Shown in pieces: positions 36,227 to 46,518 of a stretch of 64,000 nucleotides of DNA. The stretch is from NCBI GenBank assembly GCA_964593905.1, contig CAZQLE010000002.1, forward strand, positions 3,387 to 67,386. The letters are read 5' to 3'. Position 1 is the stretch's first letter. Each line of letters begins with the position of its first letter. Origin of the DNA: an uncultured Anaerolineaceae bacterium. Its GTDB lineage: Bacteria; Chloroflexota; Anaerolineae; Anaerolineales; Anaerolineaceae. The notes beneath the pieces were generated by a model. That model searched no databases, was not told the DNA's origin, and saw only the letters and a program-made list of their open reading frames with translations. The position numbers were made by a program, and so were the translations under genes.

Positions 36227-36985
36227 CTAGTCTACGATTTGATAGGCAACCACCGCATTGACGGTGATGGTCAACTGACCGGCCGAGATGGGGATGTTGG
36301 GTGCAGCCGCAACAGCGCCGCCCCCGCCCAGCCCACCATACATGGGTGAGTAATAATTATCGTTGTTAATCGTCACAGAATGAACCGGGCCCAGTTTTAC
36401 TTTCATCACCTGGGCGGTCTCGCCGGCCTGTTTCTCAGCCTTTGACAGGGCCAAATCACGGGCTTCAGCCATCGCTATGGATGAATCAGCAACATCAAAT
36501 TGAATGCCATAGATATTGTTGGCGCCGTTGGCAACTGCTGCCTGAAGGATTGGGCTAAGTTTTTCAAGGTCGCGCACTGTTACCGAGAGGGAATTATCGA
36601 CCGAAAAAGTTTTCTCGGTAGGTTGGCCGCTCGAGTCGTATTTCTGGTTTTGATAGACACTGAAATTGGTCGTCTGAATATCTTTCTCGACCACCCCGGC
36701 TTTGATCAGCACATCCTTCAATTTCTTGACGGCGGTGCTGTTGGCATCTACTGCTGCGGCAATCTCTTTGTTTTCGCTATTGACCCCGATATTAATTCGG
36801 GCAATATCCGGGGTGAGGTTGACCGTGCCTACACCCGAAACCGTGATGGTGCGGGTGGATCCTGCTTCGGGGTTGGTGCCCTGTGCGGCGCTCGACGCAG
36901 CACTGACGGGTGAATGAGACAAAAATGCTGCGCCAAGCATAGCCACGACCAGAGCAGAACCGATTAATAGGCGATGAATTTTCAT
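36227..36985 (-). CDS. SIMPL/DUF541 domain secreted protein
   Basis: Signal peptide MKIHRLLIGSALVVAMLGAAFL, TITVSGVGTVNLTPDIARINIGV, and the typical SIMPL length. Confidence 0.7.
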   Translation of the reverse strand: MKIHRLLIGSALVVAMLGAAFLSHSPVSAASSAAQGTNPEAGSTRTITVSGVGTVNLTPDIARINIGVNSENKEIAAAVDANSTAVKKLKDVLIKAGVVEKDIQTTNFSVYQNQKYDSSGQPTEKTFSVDNSLSVTVRDLEKLSPILQAAVANGANNIYGIQFDVADSSIAMAEARDLALSKAEKQAGETAQVMKVKLGPVHSVTINNDNYYSPMYGGLGGGGAVAAAPNIPISAGQLTITVNAVVAYQIVD

Positions 36986-37079
36986 TTTCTCTCCTTAAAG
37001 TTTTTTGTTTTTACCACTCTATCCATAACGAAGGATGATAGCGTTTGGTTCCAGCGAATCACCGCTGTGCAGACCCTTT

Positions 37080-39107
37080 TTACTGTTCGCTGCTGCAAAA
37101 AGCAAAGTCTTGCACGTGGGTTAAGAATTTGTTTTTGGCGCTGGAATCTGCGGTTGAGCGATCAATGCGCTGGGTCAGCCGGCAGAGGGCGTTCTTTCTT
37201 TCTTCAAGCGAGAAGCTGAGGGCCAGGTCTGCGGCTTTTTGCCATTGGCCGGTCTGGGCAAAGGCTTCAATAAAGACCATCTTTTCCATCTCATCGCGTG
37301 GAGAGAAGCCCAGGCTTTCAGCTTCCTCCCAGTAGCCAACCACCTCAGTCCATTTTTTTCCCTGACGGGCAAGATCTGCTTTTTCAAAGTAATAGCACCA
37401 GGTGTGCTGTGGTTCGGGGCCAAACCAGTTCTCATGGACGGGCATGTCTGGCGGGGTGGTGAGCACCCGGCGCAGATCGGACAACCGGCTGGCACGCTGT
37501 AAATGTTCTGGCAAAGAAGGATCTCCGCCATCCAGGTCAGGTTCGGTCAGCCGGAAGCAGCGCCCCAGATCATATTGCGCTGCCAGTAACCGGTCGGTTG
37601 AACCCTCCAACCGGGCGGTTACATTTCTGCCGGTGACAGTTTGACCGGTGCTCAGCCCCTTTAACGATTCATCCAAATTGCGGCTATAGTGGAAACTGTA
37701 AGCCAGCCGGCGCGGCTGCGGTTGATAGGGATAAAGGGCATTGATCTCGGTGGTCAAGGCGGCCAGGTTGTAATAGCGGGTCGGAAAATCGGTCAAAAGC
37801 AGCAGGGTGTTTTCTTCAAGATCGGGGATGCGCCAGCGAATTTGCCAGAGCAATTGCTGGTTGTACTTCCATTCCAGACGAAAATCGTTGGCGATCTGAA
37901 AATGATAACCTGCGGCAATGCCAACCAACCCGGCCAGTAACACGCTCTGCACAATACGGTAAGGCAGGGCGGTGATCAGCCCGGCCATAAACAGGGCGGC
38001 GCCCAGCATGAAGGGTAGCGTGAAGCGCGAAAAAATCTCCACCGGCCTGACATCCAACCCGGTCAGCCAGAAGGGCCAACCAGCCGCCAGGATTGCCAGA
38101 ACACCCAGACCGATCATTTCAAGGGTGAAGCGTTTTTCACGGATGGCATTGATGAACCACCACGCCAGCCCGGCCATTGCCAGAACCACCAGGGCAACAA
38201 AGACGGTCACTGCGGTTGAGGTGAGGTGAATTTGCAGTGAGAGCAGCCGTTGTAGCGCGGGCAGCCATGCGCCAAAGGTGGTTTGCCAGAAATCTTCGGC
38301 TATTTTAACCAGCAACGCCCCCAGCGCCTGAAGCGGTGCAGCCTGAAATTCTGCCAGCCAGCGGAAGGAGTAGCGATTGGATTGGATCTGGGTCAGTAAA
38401 AAGGTGCGCACCAGAATTGTAGAAAGCAGAATGGCCCCGTAAAAGGCCCAGCCGCGCAGCGTTTTTACCAGCAGCCTGGGCAGGTTGGTCTCTGTTCTAA
38501 ACAGGATCAAGCCGATTATAAAGAAACGCAGGATTTCGAGTGTAAAAAAGTATTCCATCATTAAAAGATTTAAGATGGAAAGCAAACCGGCCAGCGCGTG
38601 CAGCCCATAAGCGGGCCTGTTTTGTTGCAGTGCGCGGGCGGTTAAACCCAGCGACAGGAATAAGAAAGCCATTACCAGAAAAATATGCCCATAGGTGATG
38701 GCAATGGGCTGCAACGCAAAACCGGGATAAACGGTAAAGAGCAGCGCTGCCACAAAGACCACTTTGCTGCGCTCGGGCCATATCTGACGTAGAAACCAGA
38801 AGAAGGTTAAGCTAGCCAGGAAACGACACAGCAGTGCAAAAATCTGGTATGCGAGAACATTGCCATCCAGCAAGGGCAGGGTGAGCTGATAAAGCAACCC
38901 CCACACGGGGCGGTTGGTTGAGAAATAAACGCGAACACCCTCAGCACCATAATATTCCCATGTCCAGGCCCAGATCCAATCATCAATATACAGGTGCAGC
39001 CAGGGGAGCTGTGTTCCGTAGGAAAACAGGGTGATTAGTGCAAGCACGAGGCTTTGACCAGAATTGTTTTGAACCAGTTTGGAGATGAATGAATAGATTT
39101 TTTGCAA
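37080..39107 (-). CDS. Polytopic membrane protein, possibly a GT-C-type (ArnT/PMT-like) glycosyltransferase, with a soluble C-terminal helical domain
   Basis: More than 10 hydrophobic helices. Function is a guess. Start set to TTG 39107 because the first 91 track codons have no helices and overlap the divergent lipoprotein gene. Confidence 0.45.
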   Translation of the reverse strand: MQKIYSFISKLVQNNSGQSLVLALITLFSYGTQLPWLHLYIDDWIWAWTWEYYGAEGVRVYFSTNRPVWGLLYQLTLPLLDGNVLAYQIFALLCRFLASLTFFWFLRQIWPERSKVVFVAALLFTVYPGFALQPIAITYGHIFLVMAFLFLSLGLTARALQQNRPAYGLHALAGLLSILNLLMMEYFFTLEILRFFIIGLILFRTETNLPRLLVKTLRGWAFYGAILLSTILVRTFLLTQIQSNRYSFRWLAEFQAAPLQALGALLVKIAEDFWQTTFGAWLPALQRLLSLQIHLTSTAVTVFVALVVLAMAGLAWWFINAIREKRFTLEMIGLGVLAILAAGWPFWLTGLDVRPVEIFSRFTLPFMLGAALFMAGLITALPYRIVQSVLLAGLVGIAAGYHFQIANDFRLEWKYNQQLLWQIRWRIPDLEENTLLLLTDFPTRYYNLAALTTEINALYPYQPQPRRLAYSFHYSRNLDESLKGLSTGQTVTGRNVTARLEGSTDRLLAAQYDLGRCFRLTEPDLDGGDPSLPEHLQRASRLSDLRRVLTTPPDMPVHENWFGPEPQHTWCYYFEKADLARQGKKWTEVVGYWEEAESLGFSPRDEMEKMVFIEAFAQTGQWQKAADLALSFSLEERKNALCRLTQRIDRSTADSSAKNKFLTHVQDFAFCSSEQ

Positions 39108-39195
39108 ACGAATACACCCGGTCAACCGTATTTTTTTGGAAAACTTGAAGTATTGTACGCAATTATAGTCTACAATAATGATGATGGAGGCATGG

Positions 39196-40668
39196 ATGCG
39201 GACACGGTGGTATTTATTTGTGGCATTAATCTTATTGAGCGGGTGTGCGGGTTTATCCACCCCGGATGTTCCTTTTAAGACTGTGACGCCCTCGCAGACG
39301 GCAAGTGTGGATACTGAGACGCCAGTTCCGGCGACTGCCACTCGCTTGCCGGATGTTATCCTTCCTGAGGGCACCGCCACGATTGCCCCGACAGAGACGC
39401 AGACCTTTCCGGGTGTATTTTTGCCAACCAGACCGCCCTTCCTTGCCGACGCGGTTCTGAATGGGAATGAGGTGCAAAACCCAATTCTGGAAAATTATAT
39501 GTCCGTTCCGGTTTACACCGTTACAGAAGAAATGCGGCCGGAGTGTTGGGAAGATTGTGTAAAGCGGGCATGGACATCGACCTATCGCCGGGTGATAATT
39601 CAACTAAATCGTGGAAAAACGGGTGAGGTCTCCAATTATGGACTGAATACCCTGTATCAGGCCTATACCAAATTTGGCGCCGCCTTTCAGATTGTGGATG
39701 CTTATGATGGCCCAGGGGATCGACGATGGGCGGGAAATTTAATGATTTCGGCCAATAATTATGAGTTTGTCGATTCGGCTGTTGTTGGAGAGATTCAAGC
39801 GACCATTTTCATCCGCAATAATTTTCTGGCGCAGATCCCTGAAGGAGAGACCGGCGCATCGGATTATCAGAAGTTTTTGGCCGAAGCGGCGCAGCGCGAT
39901 GCGGCGGATCTGTTGAATTTACAGCTCAACAAACTGGCCTGGGTCGGGTTTGAACCCGCTCCCGATTTGGTCTATTCGGTTGTCACATCCACGCCCCGTC
40001 CCACGCCGGTTTTGCCACCCGCCCGGCCGCTTGAGCTGACCGCTTTTCTTGATGAAACGGCAAATTGCAAACTGCCCTGTTGGAACCAATTAACCCCCGG
40101 GCTTTCGACCGAGGAAGAGGTGGCCCCATTCTTTCAGCGCTTTGGGTTGGATGCCGAGTCTGCTTATCGTGCGCAGTGCATTGATTTGAGCGGTTATCCG
40201 GCCGGCAATGCCAGCCAGACCGATCCGCAGGTGTGTGTTTTTTCCAATGATGGAATTGTCAACCGGATTCGACTTTCCAATTGGAGTCACCCTGAACAAT
40301 TTTCGCCCAAGCGGATCAATATCGTTCTAGGGACACCGGATGTCATTCTGGTACCCAGCGCGCCGCTGGATGACCCGGATGGCTTCGCGGTGGTGTTTAT
40401 CTACCCCAATCAGGGCGTGGCGCTTGAGATACACGGCAGGCTGGACCTTGAATTGCAGGGTTACATGTGTATTTCGGACCGCCGGTTTCAGTCGGCGACG
40501 GTGACCTTTTTTTCAGATGACCAGCGTTTCTTGTTGCAGCAGGAGTACCAATCCAGTGCACCCGCCTATGTGGACTGGTCTCAGGCGCGGGGGGAAACTG
40601 CACAAACCCTGTTTAATTTGCTGATTAATCCCGAGCGCTGCGTTCCTTACCCGGCGTATCGAAAATAG
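39196..40668 (+). CDS. Hypothetical lipoprotein
   Basis: MRTRWYLFVALILLSGC lipobox. ATG 39196 follows GGAGG. Confidence 0.6.
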   Translation: MRTRWYLFVALILLSGCAGLSTPDVPFKTVTPSQTASVDTETPVPATATRLPDVILPEGTATIAPTETQTFPGVFLPTRPPFLADAVLNGNEVQNPILENYMSVPVYTVTEEMRPECWEDCVKRAWTSTYRRVIIQLNRGKTGEVSNYGLNTLYQAYTKFGAAFQIVDAYDGPGDRRWAGNLMISANNYEFVDSAVVGEIQATIFIRNNFLAQIPEGETGASDYQKFLAEAAQRDAADLLNLQLNKLAWVGFEPAPDLVYSVVTSTPRPTPVLPPARPLELTAFLDETANCKLPCWNQLTPGLSTEEEVAPFFQRFGLDAESAYRAQCIDLSGYPAGNASQTDPQVCVFSNDGIVNRIRLSNWSHPEQFSPKRINIVLGTPDVILVPSAPLDDPDGFAVVFIYPNQGVALEIHGRLDLELQGYMCISDRRFQSATVTFFSDDQRFLLQQEYQSSAPAYVDWSQARGETAQTLFNLLINPERCVPYPAYRK

Positions 40669-40814
40669 CCGATTTGGGGAGTTTCGGCATATTCAATCGG
40701 TGATAAAACACAAATGGCAGCCGGGAGGCGGCAGGGTATAATGGGGATGCTTTTCAACCCAGTATGAAGTTCATGGCAAAAACCGAAAACCAGATTGTCC
40801 ACAGGAGAGTATGT

Positions 40815-42983
40815 ATGTCTGTTTATAGCCCTGCGGAATTACAGGCTGCTCACCGCATTCTTACGGAGTTTAAGTACGAACTGCGCCCCGTAGTGCGTGG
40901 GTATGCAAACCGCACCCTGTATGTAAACCTCAGCACCGGTCAAATTGAAGCACGGCCTGTGACAGAAGAAATGAAGGAAAAATTTACCGGCGGCCGCGGT
41001 TTTTGTCTGTGGCTTTTATGGCAGGCCGTTACCGAGGCGACCCGCTGGGACGACCCCGAGAATGAGCTGTGCATTGCTGGCGGCCCAATCGGAGGCATTA
41101 CTGCCTATCCTGGCACTGGAAAGTGCACCGCGGTGACCCTTTCTCCGCTGACCAAGCGGGTGGTGGATAGCAACGCCGGCGGTTATTTTGGCCCTTATTT
41201 GAAATTCGCTGGTTGGGACGCCATCGAAATTCAAGGCAAGGCTGATCAGGATGTGGTCGTTTTTGTGGACGGCAGCACAGGAAAGGTGACCATTGAAGCT
41301 GCGCCGTTTGAATCGGTGGATACACATATTATCGCGCGCCAGTTGACCGAGATTTACGGGCATTCGGACGCAAAAGAGATGCGCAGCATCTCGGTTGTTT
41401 CGGCCGGCCAGGCGGGTGATTATTCGCCCATGACCGGTTTGAACGTGAGTTATTACGATCCGAAGCGCGAAGAAATTCGCATTAAGCAGGCGGCCCGCGG
41501 CGGCTGCGGCCGGGTTTTGCGTGATAAAAAGATCAAAGCTATTGTGGTCAAATATGCCGACCTGGGCGGCGACAGCAACGGTTGCGCCGATTTAAGCCTG
41601 ATCCGCAAGGCCGGGCAGCGTATTAACCGCGAAATCACCCTGTTCGATGCTTCTCAAAATGATATGCGCGGTTTTGGCACCCCCTACCTGGTGGAGATCA
41701 TGAATAAATTTGATCTATTGCCGACTCAAAATTTCCGCTTTGGCGGCGACCCTGAGTCTTATAAGGTGGCCGGGGATGTCTGGAAGGGAATGTACGATCG
41801 GCGCGGACCGGACGGCTGCTGGTATGGCTGCACCTTGCAGTGTGCACATGCGGTGAACGGGTACGAGTTAAAAACCGGTCCCTACAAGGGGCAGAAGGTG
41901 TTTGTGGACGGCCCGGAATATGAAACCCTGGGTGCGCTGGCTTCAAACTGCTCGATCTGGGATCCTGAGGCCGTGCTGGAGCTGAATTTCTACTGCGATA
42001 CCTATGGCCTGGATACCATCTCGACCGGGAATTCCATTGCTTTTGCGATGGAATGCTGGGAATATGGTGTTTTGAATGCCGAGCGCACCACCGGGATGGA
42101 TCTTTCCTGGGGCAACTGGCACACAGCCATTGAGCTGATTCATCAGATGGCGCGGGGTGAAGGTTTTGGACACATCGTTGGGCAGGGTGTGCGCTTTATG
42201 AAGCAGTATTTTGTCGAGCGGTTTGGCGCGGACCCCGGGGTGATGAAAGATATTGGCATGGAAGTGAAGGGCATGGAGATTTCGGAGTATATGACCAAAG
42301 AATCTCTGGCCCAACAGGGTGGTTATGCCATGGCGTCCAAGGGCGCTCAACATGACGAAGCCTGGCTGATCTTCATGGAGCTGGTTCACAAGCAGCTTCC
42401 CACCTTTGAAGCCAAGGCCGAGGCGCTGCATTACTTCCCGCTGTGGCGCACCTGGTTCAGCCTGCACGGGTTATGCAAGCTGCCTTGGAATGACATCATT
42501 CCCGAAAGCAACAAGACTGCCGCCGAGCCGCAAAAAGTGCCCGAACATGTGGAAAACTACACCTGGTTGTATGAAGGTGTGACTGGCAAACAGACTTCGA
42601 TTGCCGATATTATTTTCGCATCGGAGCGGGTGTATAACCTGCAACGGGTGTTCAATTTGAAGAACGGCTTTGGCAAACGGGATGAAGATTATCCGCCCTA
42701 CCGGGCGATGGGTCCGGTGAGCAAACTGGAATATGAATCGCGGACGGAGCGTTATGACAAGCAGTTGCGCGAAGAAGTGGGCATTGACCCGAGCGGCATG
42801 ACCACTGAAGAAAAAATGGTCGCGGTGCGCGCTTATCGCGAGGACCGCTATGATAAGCTGATGGATGCCGTCTATAAACGCCGCGGATGGACCCCCAACG
42901 GCGTGCCGACTGTGGAGACTTTGCAGCGGCTGGGGATTGATTACCCCGATGTGGTGGAGCTGGTAAAGCGACACGGAGGATAG
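40815..42983 (+). CDS. Aldehyde:ferredoxin oxidoreductase family, long (about 720 aa, YdhV-like) form
   Basis: RGYANRTLYVNLSTG...FTGGRGF N-terminal AOR_N pattern and C-terminal GWTPNGVPT. ATG follows AGGAGA. Confidence 0.85.
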   Translation: MSVYSPAELQAAHRILTEFKYELRPVVRGYANRTLYVNLSTGQIEARPVTEEMKEKFTGGRGFCLWLLWQAVTEATRWDDPENELCIAGGPIGGITAYPGTGKCTAVTLSPLTKRVVDSNAGGYFGPYLKFAGWDAIEIQGKADQDVVVFVDGSTGKVTIEAAPFESVDTHIIARQLTEIYGHSDAKEMRSISVVSAGQAGDYSPMTGLNVSYYDPKREEIRIKQAARGGCGRVLRDKKIKAIVVKYADLGGDSNGCADLSLIRKAGQRINREITLFDASQNDMRGFGTPYLVEIMNKFDLLPTQNFRFGGDPESYKVAGDVWKGMYDRRGPDGCWYGCTLQCAHAVNGYELKTGPYKGQKVFVDGPEYETLGALASNCSIWDPEAVLELNFYCDTYGLDTISTGNSIAFAMECWEYGVLNAERTTGMDLSWGNWHTAIELIHQMARGEGFGHIVGQGVRFMKQYFVERFGADPGVMKDIGMEVKGMEISEYMTKESLAQQGGYAMASKGAQHDEAWLIFMELVHKQLPTFEAKAEALHYFPLWRTWFSLHGLCKLPWNDIIPESNKTAAEPQKVPEHVENYTWLYEGVTGKQTSIADIIFASERVYNLQRVFNLKNGFGKRDEDYPPYRAMGPVSKLEYESRTERYDKQLREEVGIDPSGMTTEEKMVAVRAYREDRYDKLMDAVYKRRGWTPNGVPTVETLQRLGIDYPDVVELVKRHGG

Positions 42984-43040
42984 AACCCGTATTGGATTTG
43001 AAATCGGGCTGCGGTTTTTTTTGACCGCGGCCCGATTTTT

Positions 43041-43562
43041 TTATTCAATCCCTACAACCGGGCTGCGACGTTCGATCCAGAGGGTATCGCGCCATTGGCC
43101 GGCATATGGCCCATATTCCATACGGGCCACCTTCTCGCGCCGTCCGACCACACGGAAGCCAAACTTCTCATGCAGGTGCAGGCTGGCTTTATTTTCGGGG
43201 AAGATGCTGGATTGCAGGGTCCAGAAGCCTTGCTGTTCGGAGGTTGCGATCAACGCGGGCAAGAGCTGTGAACCCACCCCGTGACCGGAAAATTCGGGGT
43301 CCACATAGATGCTAACCTCGCCGACCCCGCGGTAGCAGTCGCGGCTTGAAGTGGAGCTTAAGGACGCCCAGCCAACCAGTGCAGGACCGATGTGCAGGCC
43401 AAGACAGCAGGGCAGAATTTTGCCGGCGCTCCAGGTTTGCCAATCGGCGGGGGCGGCGGCCTGAAAGGTGGCATTGCCGGTCTGGATGCCGGCTTCATAG
43501 ATGCGCTTGACGGCGGGCCAGTCTGAGGCTGTCAGCGAGATGAGGGTTTTTGTGGTATCCAT
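43041..43562 (-). CDS. GNAT N-acetyltransferase, phosphinothricin-acetyltransferase-like
   Basis: YEAGIQTGNATFQ, VSIYVDPEFSGHGVGSQLL, NKASLHLHEKFGFRVVG. Confidence 0.75.
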   Translation of the reverse strand: MDTTKTLISLTASDWPAVKRIYEAGIQTGNATFQAAAPADWQTWSAGKILPCCLGLHIGPALVGWASLSSTSSRDCYRGVGEVSIYVDPEFSGHGVGSQLLPALIATSEQQGFWTLQSSIFPENKASLHLHEKFGFRVVGRREKVARMEYGPYAGQWRDTLWIERRSPVVGIE

Positions 43563-43669
43563 GAGAAAAATTATAATTCCTCTTCCCGAAAATACAATTC
43601 GGGTATAATAAACTCTGCTATTTTAAAATAAAACTTACGGAGGTGTATATCGTTCTTTCGTACGGGATA

Positions 43670-43905
43670 GACAAGCGCAAGGTCTCGATCCACAGTGGGG
43701 TTTAGGGTTGAGATGACGAGGATGAGGGTTCTCTACCGCGAGGTGGAGCCAACCGGGACCAGAACAGCCTGATTCGTTGTTCTCCGGGAAAATCGAAAGA
43801 TCAGCGGAAGCCCTCCAGAATTTCACTTTCTGTTTCTATCCCATCTGAATAGCAGCAAGAGGACCGGGTATCGAATTGGATGCCGGTCAATGGCCGTCTG
43901 GTTGT
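43670..43905 (+). ncRNA. glmS ribozyme: glmS ribozyme (boundaries approximate)
   Basis: Upstream of glmS. AGCGC cleavage-site region at 43674. Core strings GACGAGGAUGAGGG (43715-43728) and AUCGAAAGAUCAGCGGAAGCCCUCC (43792-43816) resemble the canonical GACGAGGAUGGAGG...AUCGAAUUUUCGGCGGAUGCCUCC. Confidence 0.7.
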
Positions 43906-44017
43906 GCATGTGCAGCAAAAGACCTGACTGTTTGCCATCTTCTAAATCTGCTGCGTCGACTCAACCGGCCAGTCTTATCTGGATTGGCGGTACGCAATGT
44001 TCTATGGAGGAAACAAT

Positions 44018-45859
44018 ATGTGTGGAATTGTCGGTTATATCGGTGAACGGAATGCAACCCCGATTATTCTCAATGGTTTGAAGCGTCTGGAATACCGCGG
44101 TTATGATTCGGCCGGGGTGGCCGTGTTGCAAAACAGCCATATCGAAGTGCGGCGCAACGCCGGAAAACTGGACCGGCTGGTGAATCTGGTGAGTGAGCAG
44201 CCGGTGGAAGGCAAAATTGGCATTGGGCACACGCGCTGGGCAACCCACGGCGAACCGACCGCGCGCAACGCGCACCCCCATATCGGCGCAACCGGCAAGG
44301 TGGTGCTGGTGCATAACGGGATTGTCGAAAATTTTCTGGAACTGCGGGAAGAATTATGCGATGAGGGTGTCGAGTTCAAATCGGATACGGATACCGAGAC
44401 GATTGTGCACCTGGTAGAACGCTATATGGGCGCGGGTGAAAATTTGGAAAACGCGGCCCGCAAGGCTTTTCAGCAGTTGAAGGGCGCGCACGGGATTGTA
44501 GTGATGTCTTCATTGGAACCGGATAAGATTGTTGCGGCGCGCATCGGCAATGCCGGCGGGGTGGTGGTGGGTTATGGCGAGGGTGAGATGTTTATCGCCT
44601 CTGATATCCCGGCCATTTTGGAGCACACCAACAAAATGGTCTTTCTGGAATCGCGTCAGATGGCGGTGGTGACCCGTGAGGGCGTCACGGTGAAAACGCT
44701 GGGGGGCGAACCGCTCAAGGTGAAACCGCAGATCATCGCCATGGATCCGGTCTCGGCTGAAAAGGGTGAATATCGTCACTTTATGCAAAAAGAGATCCAC
44801 GAACAGGTGCGCGCGCTGACCGATACCTTGGCCGGGCGGGTGGACTTTGATTGTAGTGAGATTTGCCTGTCGCATTTGAACCTCACCCCCGAACTGGCTC
44901 GCTCGATTAAGAAGATCATCATCACCGCCTGCGGCACGGCCGCACACGCGGGCATGGTGGGCAAGATCTACCTGGAGCGCATCGCGCGTATTCCAACCGA
45001 GGTGAGCATCGCATCTGAGTTTCGTTACAGCGACCCGCTGGTGGAGCCGGGCACGGTGGTGCTGGCGATCAGCCAATCGGGCGAGACGGCCGACACGCTG
45101 GCGGCGATGGATGAAGGCCGGCAGCGCGGCGCGGTGTTGTGGTCGATTGTGAATGCCATTGGCTCGCAGGCTATGCGCGTGGCCGATGGCTACATCTCGA
45201 TGCAGACCGGCCCTGAGATTGGGGTGGCCTCGACCAAGGCCTTTACCGCCCCGCTGGTGGATCTGTATATGCTGGCCGTACTGCTGGCCGATTTGCGCGG
45301 GACGATCACTGCCGGGCAGCGGCAAGCTCTGGTGGCCGATTTGCGGCTGGTGCCCGACCTGGTTGGCAAATGCCTCGACCGCGAAGCGGAAGTTGCTGAG
45401 GTGGCGCGGCGGTTGAAAGATTCGCGCCATATGCTTTACCTGGGGCGGGGGGTGAACATGCCCATTGCCTATGAAGGGGCGTTAAAACTTAAAGAAATTT
45501 CGTATATCCATGCTGAGGGCTACCCGGCAGGCGAAATGAAGCACGGACCGATTGCCCTGGTGGATCGCGATATGCCGGTGCTGGCGATTGCCACCCAGGA
45601 TCAGTGGTACGAGAAGATGATCAGCCAGATTGAGCAGGCCAAAGCTCGCGGCGGGCTGGTGGTGGCGCTGGCCACCGACGGCGACACGCGCGCGCCGGGT
45701 CTGGCCGATGAGGTGTTGTGGGCGCCGCCGACCCCCTGGCTGCTCAGCCCGGTGATTAATGTAATTCCGCTGCAACTGCTGTCGTATCATATCGCTTCAC
45801 TGCGCGGGCTGGATGTAGACCAACCGCGTAACCTGGCCAAGAGTGTGACGGTGGAGTAG
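44018..45859 (+). CDS. glmS: Glutamine--fructose-6-phosphate aminotransferase
   Basis: MCGIVGYIG N-terminal nucleophile, two SIS domains, C-terminal AKSVTVE. ATG follows GGAGG. Confidence 0.95.
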   Translation: MCGIVGYIGERNATPIILNGLKRLEYRGYDSAGVAVLQNSHIEVRRNAGKLDRLVNLVSEQPVEGKIGIGHTRWATHGEPTARNAHPHIGATGKVVLVHNGIVENFLELREELCDEGVEFKSDTDTETIVHLVERYMGAGENLENAARKAFQQLKGAHGIVVMSSLEPDKIVAARIGNAGGVVVGYGEGEMFIASDIPAILEHTNKMVFLESRQMAVVTREGVTVKTLGGEPLKVKPQIIAMDPVSAEKGEYRHFMQKEIHEQVRALTDTLAGRVDFDCSEICLSHLNLTPELARSIKKIIITACGTAAHAGMVGKIYLERIARIPTEVSIASEFRYSDPLVEPGTVVLAISQSGETADTLAAMDEGRQRGAVLWSIVNAIGSQAMRVADGYISMQTGPEIGVASTKAFTAPLVDLYMLAVLLADLRGTITAGQRQALVADLRLVPDLVGKCLDREAEVAEVARRLKDSRHMLYLGRGVNMPIAYEGALKLKEISYIHAEGYPAGEMKHGPIALVDRDMPVLAIATQDQWYEKMISQIEQAKARGGLVVALATDGDTRAPGLADEVLWAPPTPWLLSPVINVIPLQLLSYHIASLRGLDVDQPRNLAKSVTVE

Positions 45860-45906
45860 GAAAAGTTTAGCCCAATCGCAGTTAGACCAATTGAGTTTTC
45901 ACCAAT

Positions 45907-45949
45907 AAAACTGGACAAACCTTATAGCAAGGTTGGTCCAGTTTTATAA
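45907..45949 (+). terminator. glmS terminator
   Basis: AAAACTGGACAAACC-9 nt-GGTTGGTCCAGTTTT (15 bp, 1 mismatch) running into a T tract. Confidence 0.6.
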
Positions 45950-46510
45950 CCCCATCCTTTTGGCGATGGCAACGGGCGAACGGCGCGGTTAATTGAATTT
46001 CAGATTTTATTGTCTGCGGGGGTTTCGGCGGTGGCTGCGCACCTGTTGAGCAATCATTACAATGCGACGCGGACGAAATATTACCCGCAATTGGATAAAA
46101 GCTCACGGACCGGGGGCGACATCACCGAATTTATTCATTATGCCCTGGAGGGCTTTGTGGATGGCCTGAAAGAAGAAATCGGGCAGATTCAGGCACAGCA
46201 AATCAAGGTCCATTGGATTAATCATATTCATAATATGTTTAAGGGGAAGAAGTTCAAGACGGATGAACGGCAAAAAGAATTGATGCTTGAACTGACCAGA
46301 ATCTCAGCTTTTCATTTTTCATTTGAAGAAATACGCCACGCCACATCCCGAATTGCAGAGGTGTATGCGGGGTTGAACGATATTACATTAAAGCGTGATC
46401 TGGCTGATTTGCTTAAAGCAAAATTGCTGATTTTTGCGGATGGGGAATATGCACTTAATATCAGAGTTCTGGAAGAATATTTAACTGTGACGGCAGTTCG
46501 GGATGGATGA
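45950..46510 (+). pseudogene. 5'-truncated Fic/DOC-family gene remnant
   Basis: The frame opens right after a TAA at 45947 and immediately reads PHPFGDGNGRTAR (Fic motif HxFx[DE]GNGRxxR), then about 170 aa of C-terminal Fic/wHTH sequence. There is no room for the N-terminal half; glmS ends 90 nt upstream. Confidence 0.7.
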
Positions 46511-46518
46511 CGGCCTTT

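Noticed and set aside
39108-39380. First 91 codons of the 766-aa membrane-protein ORF, overlapping the divergent lipoprotein gene start.
   Set aside because: The segment has no hydrophobic helices and contains low-complexity sequence. It overlaps the RBS and signal peptide of the opposite gene. The exact start (TTG 39107) is still uncertain.
44510-45430. 306-aa minus-strand ORF. Similar long antisense ORFs occur at 7957-8604, 18548-19189, 20049-20762, 56994-57872, 58235-58873, 482-1051 and 3525-4046.
   Set aside because: Each lies entirely antisense to a confidently recognised gene (glmS, alaS, gcvPB, gcvPA, korA, korB, TPR genes). Each has the Arg/His/Pro/Gln-rich composition typical of shadow frames in moderately GC-rich DNA, and none has a recognisable motif or RBS.
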